Of a DNA stretch of 64,000 nucleotides, positions 46,548 through 55,431 are shown one piece after another (position 1 is the first letter of the stretch; every line of letters begins with the position of its first letter). Both the position numbers and the translations under genes were made by a program. This DNA comes from an uncultured Saprospiraceae bacterium (GTDB lineage: Bacteria > Bacteroidota > Bacteroidia > Chitinophagales > Saprospiraceae), in contig CAZYHJ010000006.1 in assembly GCA_964646645.1 (NCBI GenBank), forward strand, positions 4,717 to 68,716. The letters run 5' to 3'. Below the pieces are notes generated by a model. That model did no database searches and was not told the origin of the DNA. It worked only from the letters and a program-made list of their open reading frames with translations.

Positions 46548-47093
46548 ATGAGCAATTGGTTTGTGATTTCAATATTCATCCTATTTTACGACAGCACCCT
46601 CAATGCTCAGAATAAGCCTGACCAAAAATATTTCCAGGGCGCATACTTTGCCTACATGGTTGACCCCATATATGATGAAGTAACCAGTGATTCAATCAAC
46701 CTACATAGTCAGTACCTGAATATTAATTTCCGTTATGCGCTCAACCGGGTTTGGAGGGTTGGTGCTGAATACATTCTGACTTTCATATCAGCGGATGAAG
46801 TTGACGATCCCTTCTCTACCGTTGGCTTGACGATTGATTATGATATACTTCGGGCAAAACGATCGAAATTGCATCTGCGGGCCGGCTTGAGTTGGAGCAA
46901 TTTTAATTCCCTCACGAATGGATTTCCACAGAAAAGATCGGTCTTTAATCGGGTACTTGGCGGATCCTATGAATACAGGCTCAACAATGTATTTTGGGCG
47001 TATGGAGGATTATATCATCATTTTCCATTTAATGAAATAGAATTTAAAGATGCCATGATCCAACCTTTCATTGGAATGGTCATCGGCATCTGA
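46548..47093 (+). CDS. secreted hypothetical protein, possibly beta-barrel
   Basis: Signal-like N-terminus and alternating aromatic/polar pattern; looks more AT-rich than its neighbours by eye. Confidence 0.45.
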   Translation: MSNWFVISIFILFYDSTLNAQNKPDQKYFQGAYFAYMVDPIYDEVTSDSINLHSQYLNINFRYALNRVWRVGAEYILTFISADEVDDPFSTVGLTIDYDILRAKRSKLHLRAGLSWSNFNSLTNGFPQKRSVFNRVLGGSYEYRLNNVFWAYGGLYHHFPFNEIEFKDAMIQPFIGMVIGI

Positions 47094-47117
47094 GGTATCC
47101 GTACTTTTGATTTTGAC

Positions 47118-47558
47118 ATGTCAGATAAAAAACCTAAAAAAGTCTTCATCGATGGCCCGGTCTCCCCGGAGTTTGTGGCCAAATCTATTGCGTCGCACAG
47201 CACTAAGATGGATATCGGCGCCCACAGCATTTTCCTGGGCCAGGTCCGAAATGACCTCATCGGAGAGCAGCGCGTTGAGGCTATCGAGTATACCGCCTAC
47301 ACGGAAATGGCCGAAAAGAAATTTCACGAGATCCGTGAGGATGCTTTCGCTCAATACCCATTGACTTGTCTTCATATTTATCACAGCCTCGGGACAGTAG
47401 CCGCTGGTGAGATCAGCCTTTTTGTTTTTACCTCCGCCGCCCACCGCTCCGAAGCCATCCGCGCCTGCGAATACCTCGTCGAACGCATCAAGCATGAGGT
47501 CCCTGTCTGGGGCCGCGAGATCATGGAGGATGGGAACTCGGTGTGGAAGGAGAATTAA
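47118..47558 (+). CDS. moaE: molybdopterin synthase catalytic subunit MoaE
   Basis: 146 aa: GAHSIFLGQVRND...VEAIEYTAYTEMAEK...GEISLFVFTSAAHRSEA...PVWGRE. Confidence 0.9.
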   Translation: MSDKKPKKVFIDGPVSPEFVAKSIASHSTKMDIGAHSIFLGQVRNDLIGEQRVEAIEYTAYTEMAEKKFHEIREDAFAQYPLTCLHIYHSLGTVAAGEISLFVFTSAAHRSEAIRACEYLVERIKHEVPVWGREIMEDGNSVWKEN

Positions 47559-47562
47559 GGAT

Positions 47563-47876
47563 CGTGAGACGTGAGACGTGAGACGTGAGTCGTCAGACGT
47601 GAGTCGTCAGACGTGAGTCGTGAGTTGCGGTTGGTGAGCTGTAGCACAAGGATGTGTAAAGCGGGTCGAACCATGAATGGTGAGTTGTGAGTAGTGAATC
47701 GTCAGTCGTCAGATATTTGCCTATTGCTTATTGCCCATTGCTTTCTGCCATCGGTCGCCGAAGCGCATTTCCGCGCGAAGGAGACCTTCCAGCTTAGTGG
47801 CTTCGCAGCACTGCGGGATCTCCGCTGCGCTTCGATCTTCCCTGTGCTCTATGCTCTATGCTCTCTGCTCTATGCG
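47563..47876. repeat. composite mosaic element, copy A (reverse orientation relative to B and C)
   Basis: (cgtgaga/cgtgagt/cgtcaga)x9 at 47563-47625; gtgagtt words at 47673-47714; ctattgc words at 47717-47748; core copy at 47785-47835; (ctatgct)n at 47841-47876. Confidence 0.9.
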
Positions 47877-47985
47877 TTTTTAGGCACGGTTTTCCCTATA
47901 TTTGATATCACGAAATCACCCACCCGATGCCCCCTCCACGGTGTGTTGGTTGTTTCGCCATTTGAGCTCAATTCTAAACATATTA

Positions 47986-48816
47986 ATGAATATCAAGAAG
48001 TATAACGGCCTGTATTTCAATGACGGAAAATTTTCCTCAGTGAGGGACACCCTTTCCGTTGAGGTCGGCCTGAGTATTTCAATCAATACCATTCCCTTCA
48101 CGGTCACCATGCAGACGCCCGGACAGGAGAAGGACCTGGTCAGGGGCCTCCTTTTTTCCGAAAGTATCTACCGGGATCTGAACCACCATCCAAAATTGGA
48201 AATGACTGGCATGGATGAGGATGGGTACATCAGCGCCATTAATGTGACGATACTGCAGGAACGCTTGCTAAAGGATTTTGCCGGCACCCGAAATGTAATG
48301 TCTGCCTCATCCTGTGGATTGTGTGGAAAAACAACTTTTGACGAAGCGGATACAGCCAGGATTATAAATGATCATCAAATCGATCCCGGAATCATTGGGG
48401 AGATGTTTGATCAGATGAACGAATTGCAGAATTCGTTTAAAGCATCCGGAGGTACCCACGCCGCTGGTGCATTTACGCTCGAGGGAGAATTGCTCAGCAT
48501 ACGTGAAGACATCGGCCGGCACAATGCCGTAGATAAAGTGATCGGCGACCTGATCCACCAAAACCTCCTTCAACGGGCCGCCTGCCTGACCGTTAGTGGC
48601 CGCATATCATTTGAAATCGTCAGCAAAGCAATTTCGGCCGGCATACCCTATCTTGCCTCAGTATCGGCCCCATCCTCCCTCGCGGTGGATACCGCCGAAC
48701 AAGCAGGCCTGACGCTCATGGCGTTTTGCCGCAATCACAGATTAACCGTTTACTCAAATACCGGGAACGTACGTACCGAATCAACAGAGGCGCTGGCCCC
48801 GGTCAACAAGAAGTAA
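47986..48816 (+). CDS. fdhD: formate dehydrogenase accessory sulfurtransferase FdhD
   Basis: 276 aa from MNIKKYNG; SSCGLCGK active-site loop, GGTHAAG, GRHNAVDKVIG. Confidence 0.9.
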   Translation: MNIKKYNGLYFNDGKFSSVRDTLSVEVGLSISINTIPFTVTMQTPGQEKDLVRGLLFSESIYRDLNHHPKLEMTGMDEDGYISAINVTILQERLLKDFAGTRNVMSASSCGLCGKTTFDEADTARIINDHQIDPGIIGEMFDQMNELQNSFKASGGTHAAGAFTLEGELLSIREDIGRHNAVDKVIGDLIHQNLLQRAACLTVSGRISFEIVSKAISAGIPYLASVSAPSSLAVDTAEQAGLTLMAFCRNHRLTVYSNTGNVRTESTEALAPVNKK

Positions 48817-48817
48817 A

Positions 48818-50470
48818 ATGTCAAAGAATTTAAGTGAACTCTCCGGCCGCAAAGGCCTTGAAAAGAATCTGTTTGAGGAGTTGGGTAAAGCAGCTCAAGC
48901 CACAGGCACACCTGATCTGGATGCGCAGGAACAACTGAGCTATGATTTTCTTGTGGGCAAGGCCAATGTGTATGGCGCTGTTTCTTTCTACGATTTTCTA
49001 CGTCCTGAAAACCAGGGTAAGAAAGTCTATGTCTGCAATGGAAGTGCCTGCATGACCGCCGGAACACAGGATGCACTAAAGGCTACATTATCGACCCATT
49101 TTCAAGCCGATGAAATAGGTGAAATGTGCTGTCTAGGCCGCTGCCACGAAAACAGTTCGTTTCATTATGACGGCCGCAACTACAGCGGAACGGATATCCA
49201 GAACATCAGCAGTATAAAGCAAAACCAAACGACAACCGCCGAACATTACAATGTCGGTCATATCGGTACACCGATTCTTACGGCACCTTACGGTAGCATC
49301 AATGAATACTACAGCATTTTTAAAAAATGCCTTCAACAACCCGCATCACAATTACTTACGGAATTAAAAGATTCAGGAGTGCGTGGTCGTGGTGGAGCCG
49401 GTTTCCCAATGGCCTTTAAACTTGAAGCATGCCGCAATCAGCAGGAGGAAACAAAGTTTATTGTTTGCAATGCTGATGAAGGAGACCCGGGAGCATATTC
49501 CGACAGGTATATCATGGAACAGCGTCCACATGCCCTTCTCATGGGCATGATGATCGCCGGGTACATCGCCGGGGCCAAATATGGAGTGGTCTACATTCGC
49601 GGAGAGTATCCTGAATCCGTAGACATCATCAATGATGCTATTGCGGAACTGCATCAACATCATTTGCTTGGTGAAAACATCGAAGAATCCGGTTTCGATT
49701 TTCAGTTTAAAGTAATCAAAGCACAAGGCGCATACATCTGTGGTGAAGAAACCGCCTTACTCTCTTCCATTGAAGGCCAACGTCCCGAGGTGCGCGTGAG
49801 ACCACCTTATCCGGTACAACAAGGTTTGTTTAATAAACCTACTGTCGTCAACAATGTCGAAACGCTGGCCAACCTGCCATGGATCATGCAGCAAGGTGGT
49901 AAAGCATACGCTTCGTTAGGAACTCCTAAATCAACGGGGACAAAATTGATTTCCCTGGATGGTTTTTTTAACAAGCCAGGTATTTATGAAGTGGATATGG
50001 GCACGCCCCTAAGACAAGTAGTAGATCAACTCGGTGGAGGATTTAAGTCGCCAGTAAAAGCCATGCATATCGGTGGTCCACTTGGAGGACTGGTGCCTGT
50101 AAGCGCCATTGATAAACTTACGGTCGATTTTGATTCATTTGCCCGAGAGGGATTCTTATTAGGACATGCTTCTGTTGTTTGCATTCCTGAAGATTATCCA
50201 TTGGTCCAGTACATCGAACATCTCTTCCGCTTTACGGCACATGAGAGTTGCGGAAAATGTTTCCCTTGCAGATTAGGTTCGACGCGCGGGTATGAATTGC
50301 TGGAAAAAGCACAAAAGGAAAACTATAAGATTGATATCACACTGATGAAGGATCTGCTCGACACCATGGAAGCCGGATCCTTATGCGCATTGGGTGGTGG
50401 ACTACCGCTACCTATTAAGAATGCCATGAAGTATTTTGAAACCGAACTCGCACCCTACTTTAAATCATAA
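48818..50470 (+). CDS. NAD-linked formate dehydrogenase diaphorase subunit (fused NuoE-like + NuoF-like)
   Basis: NuoE-type 2Fe-2S (CNGSAC...CLGRC), FMN/NADH site GRGGAGFP, 4Fe-4S ESCGKCFPCR. Confidence 0.9.
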   Translation: MSKNLSELSGRKGLEKNLFEELGKAAQATGTPDLDAQEQLSYDFLVGKANVYGAVSFYDFLRPENQGKKVYVCNGSACMTAGTQDALKATLSTHFQADEIGEMCCLGRCHENSSFHYDGRNYSGTDIQNISSIKQNQTTTAEHYNVGHIGTPILTAPYGSINEYYSIFKKCLQQPASQLLTELKDSGVRGRGGAGFPMAFKLEACRNQQEETKFIVCNADEGDPGAYSDRYIMEQRPHALLMGMMIAGYIAGAKYGVVYIRGEYPESVDIINDAIAELHQHHLLGENIEESGFDFQFKVIKAQGAYICGEETALLSSIEGQRPEVRVRPPYPVQQGLFNKPTVVNNVETLANLPWIMQQGGKAYASLGTPKSTGTKLISLDGFFNKPGIYEVDMGTPLRQVVDQLGGGFKSPVKAMHIGGPLGGLVPVSAIDKLTVDFDSFAREGFLLGHASVVCIPEDYPLVQYIEHLFRFTAHESCGKCFPCRLGSTRGYELLEKAQKENYKIDITLMKDLLDTMEAGSLCALGGGLPLPIKNAMKYFETELAPYFKS

Positions 50471-50475
50471 AGGTT

Positions 50476-53220
50476 ATGTCACAGACAGCCTATATCAACG
50501 ATATTGAATATCCCATCCTGCCAGGTGATACCATTTTAAAGTTGGTTCGCCGTCACCTGGGCCAGGATCATGTGCCGACATTGTGCGATGCGCCTAACCT
50601 TGATCCCTTTGGTTCATGCAGGGTATGCAGCGTGGATGTCGCCCTCGTCAAGAACGGACCCGCAAAGGCACAGGCTTCATGCCATACACCGGTCATGGCC
50701 AACTCTTACATCTATACGGACAGTGAGCGTATCACTAAACTTAGGAAGAATATCATTGAGTTGGTGTTGACAGATCACCCATTGGATTGTTTGACTTGCG
50801 AAGTGAATAACAACTGTGAGTTACAAACCGTAGCGGCAAGAGTCGGCATTAGAAAAGTACGATATCCGGAAGGTAAGAACCATCTGGATAAGGAAAAGGA
50901 TCTGAGTCATCCGTACATGACATCTGATTTTTCAAAGTGTATCAATTGCTTCAGGTGTGTGCGAGCCTGTGATGAAGTGCAGGGGCAGTTGGTGCTGAGT
51001 ATGGCTGGTCGTGGCTTTGATAGTCATATCATCAAGGGATTTGAACAAAACTTCTTTGAGTCGGATTGTGTGAGTTGCGGCGCTTGTGCGCAGGCGTGCC
51101 CAACTTCAGCGATCTCAGATGTGTTTGAATCAAAATCTGTGGCTGTTGATGAGAAGATCAGGACCGTATGCACCTATTGTGGTGTGGGATGCAACCTCGA
51201 AGTAGCGGTAGTCAATAAAAAAGTAAAGTCCATCCAGGCGCCTTATGATGCGGAAGTCAATACGGGTCATACTTGCCTCAAAGGCAGATTTGCGTTTTCA
51301 TTTTACAACCATCCCGATCGCCTGCGTACTCCGCTGATCCGTAAGGATGGAGAATTGGTCCCTGCGACATGGGAAGAGGCGTATAATTATATCGCGGATA
51401 AGCTGACCTTCATTAAGAACGAACATGGCCCGGATGCCATTGCAGGTATTTCATCTGCCCGTTGTACCAATGAAGAGAATTACCTGATGCAGAAATTCAT
51501 TCGCGCGGTCATCGGTACAAACAATATCGATAGTTGCGCCCGCGTCTGCCATTCGCCAACGGCATTGGGTATGCAGCGCACCTTTGGTACCGGGGCGGCT
51601 ACGAATTCGATCATCGATCTCAAATACACGGATTGCATCATGGTCATCGGTGCCAATCCTACCGATGCGCATCCGGTGACCGGCGCTAAGCTGAAACAGT
51701 TTGCGATGAGTGGAAAGACCACGATTGTGATCGATCCTCGTCGAACTGAAATGGCTCGTTATGCCACGTACCATTTACAACTGCGGCCGGGTACTAATGT
51801 AGCCGTCATGAATATGCTGTTGTATTGGATCATTACGGATGGCCTGGAGGATAAGAACTTTATAGATTCCAGGACTGAGGGATACGAAGAGTTTAAGAAG
51901 CATATCCTCAGCCTGGATGTGAGTGAACTGGAGAAAATCAGTGGGGTGAATAAGGATTTGGCGAGAAAGGCGGCAAGGGCCTATGCTACTGCGCCCAATG
52001 CAATGTCATTCCATGGACTCGGTGTGACAGAACATTCACAGGGCACGTACACGGTGATGCTCATTGCGGACCTGGCAATGATCACCGGGAATATTGGTCG
52101 CCGTGGTGTGGGTGTGAATCCGTTACGCGGACAGAATAATGTGCAAGGAGCTGCTGACATGGGATGTCAGCCGCATCAGGGCGCGGGCTACCTGGATGTG
52201 ACGCAACCTGAAGTGCATAAAATGTATGAGGATTTTTATCACGCCAAATTGCCATTGCACATCGGATATAAGATACCACAGATGTATGATGCCGCTTTGG
52301 CTGGAAAACTAAAAGCGTTGTGGCTGATGGGCGAGGATAATGTGCAGACGGATCCGAATACACAGCATGTGGTGAGTGCGATGGAGAAACTTGACCTTTT
52401 AGTGGTGCAGGAAATCTTTATGACGGAGACCGCAAAATTAGCGCACGTGGTATTGCCTGCCTCTTCATTTTTAGAAAAAAGTGGAACATTTACGAATGGG
52501 GAGCGGAGAATACAAAGAGTACAAGCCGTTGTGGAGCCGCTTGAAGGCACCAAACCAGATGGACAGATCATCGTTGATATCATGAATCGTATGGGGTATG
52601 CTCAACCCGATTATGATCCGGCATTGATGTTGGAGGAGATTTCGCAGATCGTGCCTTTCTTCGCTGGTGTGAAGTGGGATGAGTTGGGTGAGAATGGCAA
52701 GCAATGGCCTGTTAAACCAGATGGTACAGACACGGAGATCCTGCACATTGATAGTTTCAAACGCGGTAAAGGAAAATTCCAGGTGGCCACGTGGCGTGAA
52801 TCAGAGGAGATTCTCAATCATGGCCAGGAGTTCCCGTATATCCTTACCACAAACCGCGAGCTTGAGCATTACAACTGCGGCACCATGACACGCCGCACGG
52901 GTAACGTTGAAATTCTTACGGATGATGTTTTACTGATTCACCCGGAAGATGCCGCCAAACATTTCATAGAAGAAGGTGATTTCGTTTGCATCATCAGCGC
53001 CCGTGGCAAGATCGATGTCAAGGCTAAGATCACTGATGAAGTACGGCCTGGGGTGCTATCTTCCACCTTCCATTTTCCTGAAGTGCGCATGAACGATCTG
53101 ACCTCATCTGTAAGTGACAGCGAAGCCATGTGCCCTGAATATAAAGTGGTGGCTGTAAATATTCGTAAGAGCAAGGGCGTGCATAAAGCAAAAGCGAATG
53201 GCGCTACTGCGAAAGCATAG
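50476..53220 (+). CDS. formate dehydrogenase alpha subunit (molybdopterin, Cys-type, NuoG-like N-terminus)
   Basis: 2Fe-2S CDAPN..GSCRVC; HPLDCLTCEVNNNC; CINCFRCVRAC; CVSCGACAQAC; MopB CTYCGVGC. Active site ARVCHSPT with a Cys codon at 51547-51549. Confidence 0.95.
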   Translation: MSQTAYINDIEYPILPGDTILKLVRRHLGQDHVPTLCDAPNLDPFGSCRVCSVDVALVKNGPAKAQASCHTPVMANSYIYTDSERITKLRKNIIELVLTDHPLDCLTCEVNNNCELQTVAARVGIRKVRYPEGKNHLDKEKDLSHPYMTSDFSKCINCFRCVRACDEVQGQLVLSMAGRGFDSHIIKGFEQNFFESDCVSCGACAQACPTSAISDVFESKSVAVDEKIRTVCTYCGVGCNLEVAVVNKKVKSIQAPYDAEVNTGHTCLKGRFAFSFYNHPDRLRTPLIRKDGELVPATWEEAYNYIADKLTFIKNEHGPDAIAGISSARCTNEENYLMQKFIRAVIGTNNIDSCARVCHSPTALGMQRTFGTGAATNSIIDLKYTDCIMVIGANPTDAHPVTGAKLKQFAMSGKTTIVIDPRRTEMARYATYHLQLRPGTNVAVMNMLLYWIITDGLEDKNFIDSRTEGYEEFKKHILSLDVSELEKISGVNKDLARKAARAYATAPNAMSFHGLGVTEHSQGTYTVMLIADLAMITGNIGRRGVGVNPLRGQNNVQGAADMGCQPHQGAGYLDVTQPEVHKMYEDFYHAKLPLHIGYKIPQMYDAALAGKLKALWLMGEDNVQTDPNTQHVVSAMEKLDLLVVQEIFMTETAKLAHVVLPASSFLEKSGTFTNGERRIQRVQAVVEPLEGTKPDGQIIVDIMNRMGYAQPDYDPALMLEEISQIVPFFAGVKWDELGENGKQWPVKPDGTDTEILHIDSFKRGKGKFQVATWRESEEILNHGQEFPYILTTNRELEHYNCGTMTRRTGNVEILTDDVLLIHPEDAAKHFIEEGDFVCIISARGKIDVKAKITDEVRPGVLSSTFHFPEVRMNDLTSSVSDSEAMCPEYKVVAVNIRKSKGVHKAKANGATAKA

Positions 53221-53469
53221 AGCATAGAGCAGAGGGCATAGAGCAAGGGGCAAATAGATTTTGGGAATTAAATTCTTGAAAATTCGCGTGAATTCGCGGC
53301 TGTAACCAAATAGGCAATTCGAAGCGCAGCGAAGATCCCGCAGTGCTGCGAAGCCACTAAGCGGGAAGGCAATAGGCAATAAGCAATAGGCAATAAGCAA
53401 TGGGCAATTCATTGTGTACTACTCACTGCTCACCACTCACCATTCACAACTGACGACTGACGACTCACG
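53214..53469. repeat. composite mosaic element, copy B
   Basis: (gcataga)n at 53214-53250 includes the fdhA stop TAG; 60-nt core at 53314-53373; (gcaataa/gcaatag)n at 53368-53410; (actcac/gactgac)n at 53421-53469. Confidence 0.9.
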
Positions 53470-53505
53470 TTATACAGATCACAGATCACTGCACACCGAT
53501 ATTCC

Positions 53506-54420
53506 ATGGTAGACATCACCAATAAAATCATCACCCACAGAGTTGCTATTGCCGAAGCCACCGTACATGTCAGCGCTCAGGAGACGATAGATGCCATCCA
53601 GCAGAAAACAGTTCCGAAAGGAGATGTCTTTGAGGCAAGCCGTGTGGCCGGACTGTTCGGGATCAAACGGACCAGTGATATGATCCCGGATTGTCATCCC
53701 TTGCCGGTGGAATTTGCGGCCGTGAGATTCAGGATCGAAGGATTGGATATTTTTATTGAGACAGAGGTGCATACCCTTTATAAGACTGGCGTGGAAGTAG
53801 AGGCCATGCATGGCGCATCAGTCGCGGCACTTACGGTGTATGATATGTTGAAACCGATCGATAAAGGGATTGAGATCCGTAACATACGACTCGTGAAAAA
53901 GAAGGGAGGAAAAGGGCAGTATACGGATCTGCCTAAACGCGAACTCAAAGTTGCTGTCATCGTTTGTTCGGATAGTATATCTGCAGGCAAGAAACAGGAT
54001 TTCGCGGGAAAGGAAATCATCAGCCACTTGGAGAAATGGGGTGTACAGACGCATGACTATACTATCATTCCTGATGAATTGGCTGTCATTCAAGGCAGAG
54101 TTCAGGAGTTGTATAATCAGCAATATGATATGATCTTATTGACAGGCGGGACCGGACTTTCACCAAGAGATGTGACCCCCGAAGCTATTCGCCCTATGCT
54201 GGACCGGGAGATTCCTGGTGTTGCAGAAGCAGCCAGACAATATGGTCAGCAGCATATGCCTTATAGTATGCTGTCCCGCAGCCTCGCCGGACTCAAGGGC
54301 AAGACGCTCATCATGGCCCTCCCCGGCTCTACCCGCGGCGCAGCCGAGAGTATGGATGCTTTGTTCCCTTATATCCTCCACATTTTCCGTGTATCAGATG
54401 GTATGCCCCACGGAGAATAG
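53506..54420 (+). CDS. bifunctional MoaC (cyclic pyranopterin monophosphate synthase) / MoaB-Mog-like protein
   Basis: N-terminal MoaC (TSDMIPDCHPLP, KTGVEVEAMHGASVAALTVYDM). C-terminal MoCF domain (VAVIVCSDS, LLTGGTGLSPRDVTPEA). Confidence 0.9.
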   Translation: MVDITNKIITHRVAIAEATVHVSAQETIDAIQQKTVPKGDVFEASRVAGLFGIKRTSDMIPDCHPLPVEFAAVRFRIEGLDIFIETEVHTLYKTGVEVEAMHGASVAALTVYDMLKPIDKGIEIRNIRLVKKKGGKGQYTDLPKRELKVAVIVCSDSISAGKKQDFAGKEIISHLEKWGVQTHDYTIIPDELAVIQGRVQELYNQQYDMILLTGGTGLSPRDVTPEAIRPMLDREIPGVAEAARQYGQQHMPYSMLSRSLAGLKGKTLIMALPGSTRGAAESMDALFPYILHIFRVSDGMPHGE

Positions 54421-54595
54421 CCTAAGACCCATTCAGCCGATTTTCTTCTTTTTCAAAAAAACTCTTGATTTCTTAAGCCTTTGATTCTCAATTATCTGAT
54501 TGAGGTAAATCAATTTTTGGTCAAAATATTATTACAAAATGTAAAATAAACTATACAAAAAGTAAAATATGCTTTATGTTTGAGGCGTTAAAAGG

Positions 54596-54904
54596 GAAAC
54601 AGGAAACAGGCAATAGGCAATTTGCAATTCGAAGCGCAGCGAAGATCCCGCAGTGCTGCGAAGCCACTAAGCGGGAAGGCAATGAGCAATAAGCAATAAG
54701 CAATAAGCAATGGGCAATAAGCAATGAGCAATAAGCAATGAGCAATAAGCTATGTAAAGCAAACCACAGGCTATGAAATAATAACTCTACTAGAAGTCCC
54801 CTTTAGGGGATTTAGGGGCCGAGGATGCAATGCAATAAGCAAATTTCTCACGACTGACGACTCACGAATCCCCACTCACAACTGACAATTCACCACTCAC
54901 AATT
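54596..54904. repeat. composite mosaic element, copy C
   Basis: gggaaacagg words; 60-nt core at 54624-54683, identical to copy B; (gcaataa/gcaatga)x~9 at 54679-54750; gaagtcccctttaggggatttaggggcc at 54793-54820; (ctcacga/ctgacga/actcaca)n at 54847-54904. Confidence 0.9.
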
Positions 54905-54933
54905 AATCAATTCCCATCAAAAATTATCAAACA

Positions 54934-55431
54934 ATGAACCACAAACTTCTCTTACCCAATCGCTTCAAGATGATCGGTTGGATTTTCCTCATTCCCGCAA
55001 CAATAGCTGGGATTATACTCATGTCAATGGATTATGAGACTGAATGGCTTAACACAAAGGTTTTTGCCATCATAAACGATCAGTTTTTATTTTCCAATAG
55101 CGTTACATTTCCCAATAGAAAATTTTTCACAGTGATCACCGCTAACATTACCAATTCCCTGGTAGCGTTTTTATTTATTCTGGGAGCCATGATGGTGGCA
55201 TTTGCGAAGGAGAAGACTGAAGATGAGTACATCGCAAAACTGAGACTATCATCGCTGCTTTGGTCCGTATGGGTCAATTATATTTTTTTGTTACTGGCTT
55301 TGGCTTTTGTTTGGGGCTTCTCCTTTTTTAATGTCATGGTCTACAACATGTTTACTATCCTGATCATCTTTATCATCCGATTCAATTACCTGCTGTACAG
55401 AAGCACAAATGCGATGGCCGATGAAAAATAA
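54934..55431 (+). CDS. membrane protein (4-5 TM), unknown function
   Basis: 165-aa hydrophobic ORF overlapping the start of the following HTH gene. Confidence 0.5.
   Translation: MNHKLLLPNRFKMIGWIFLIPATIAGIILMSMDYETEWLNTKVFAIINDQFLFSNSVTFPNRKFFTVITANITNSLVAFLFILGAMMVAFAKEKTEDEYIAKLRLSSLLWSVWVNYIFLLLALAFVWGFSFFNVMVYNMFTILIIFIIRFNYLLYRSTNAMADEK

Noticed and set aside
47694-48005. ORFs spanning the mosaic elements (47694-48005 and the N-terminal extension of fdhD from 47902; 53104-53412; 52938-53246; 54551-54745)
   Set aside because: The peptides are low-complexity read-throughs of heptamer arrays (LIAYCSLLIAHC.., YALCS..) and of the 60-nt core (SGFAALRDLRCAS). The same DNA appears in both orientations. 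The fdhD homology begins at MNIKKYNG (47986).
51547-51549. Selenocysteine (in-frame TGA) at the formate dehydrogenase active site
   Set aside because: The codon aligned with the Sec position (ARV-C-HSPT) is TGC (Cys). The 914-codon frame has no internal stop, so no recoding is needed.
54596-54750. Possible CRISPR array (also considered for 2433-2526, 20353-20597, 45634-45677 and 47563-47625)
   Set aside because: The repeat period is 7-14 nt, there are no unique spacers, and no cas genes are in the window. These are micro/minisatellite-like tandem repeats.
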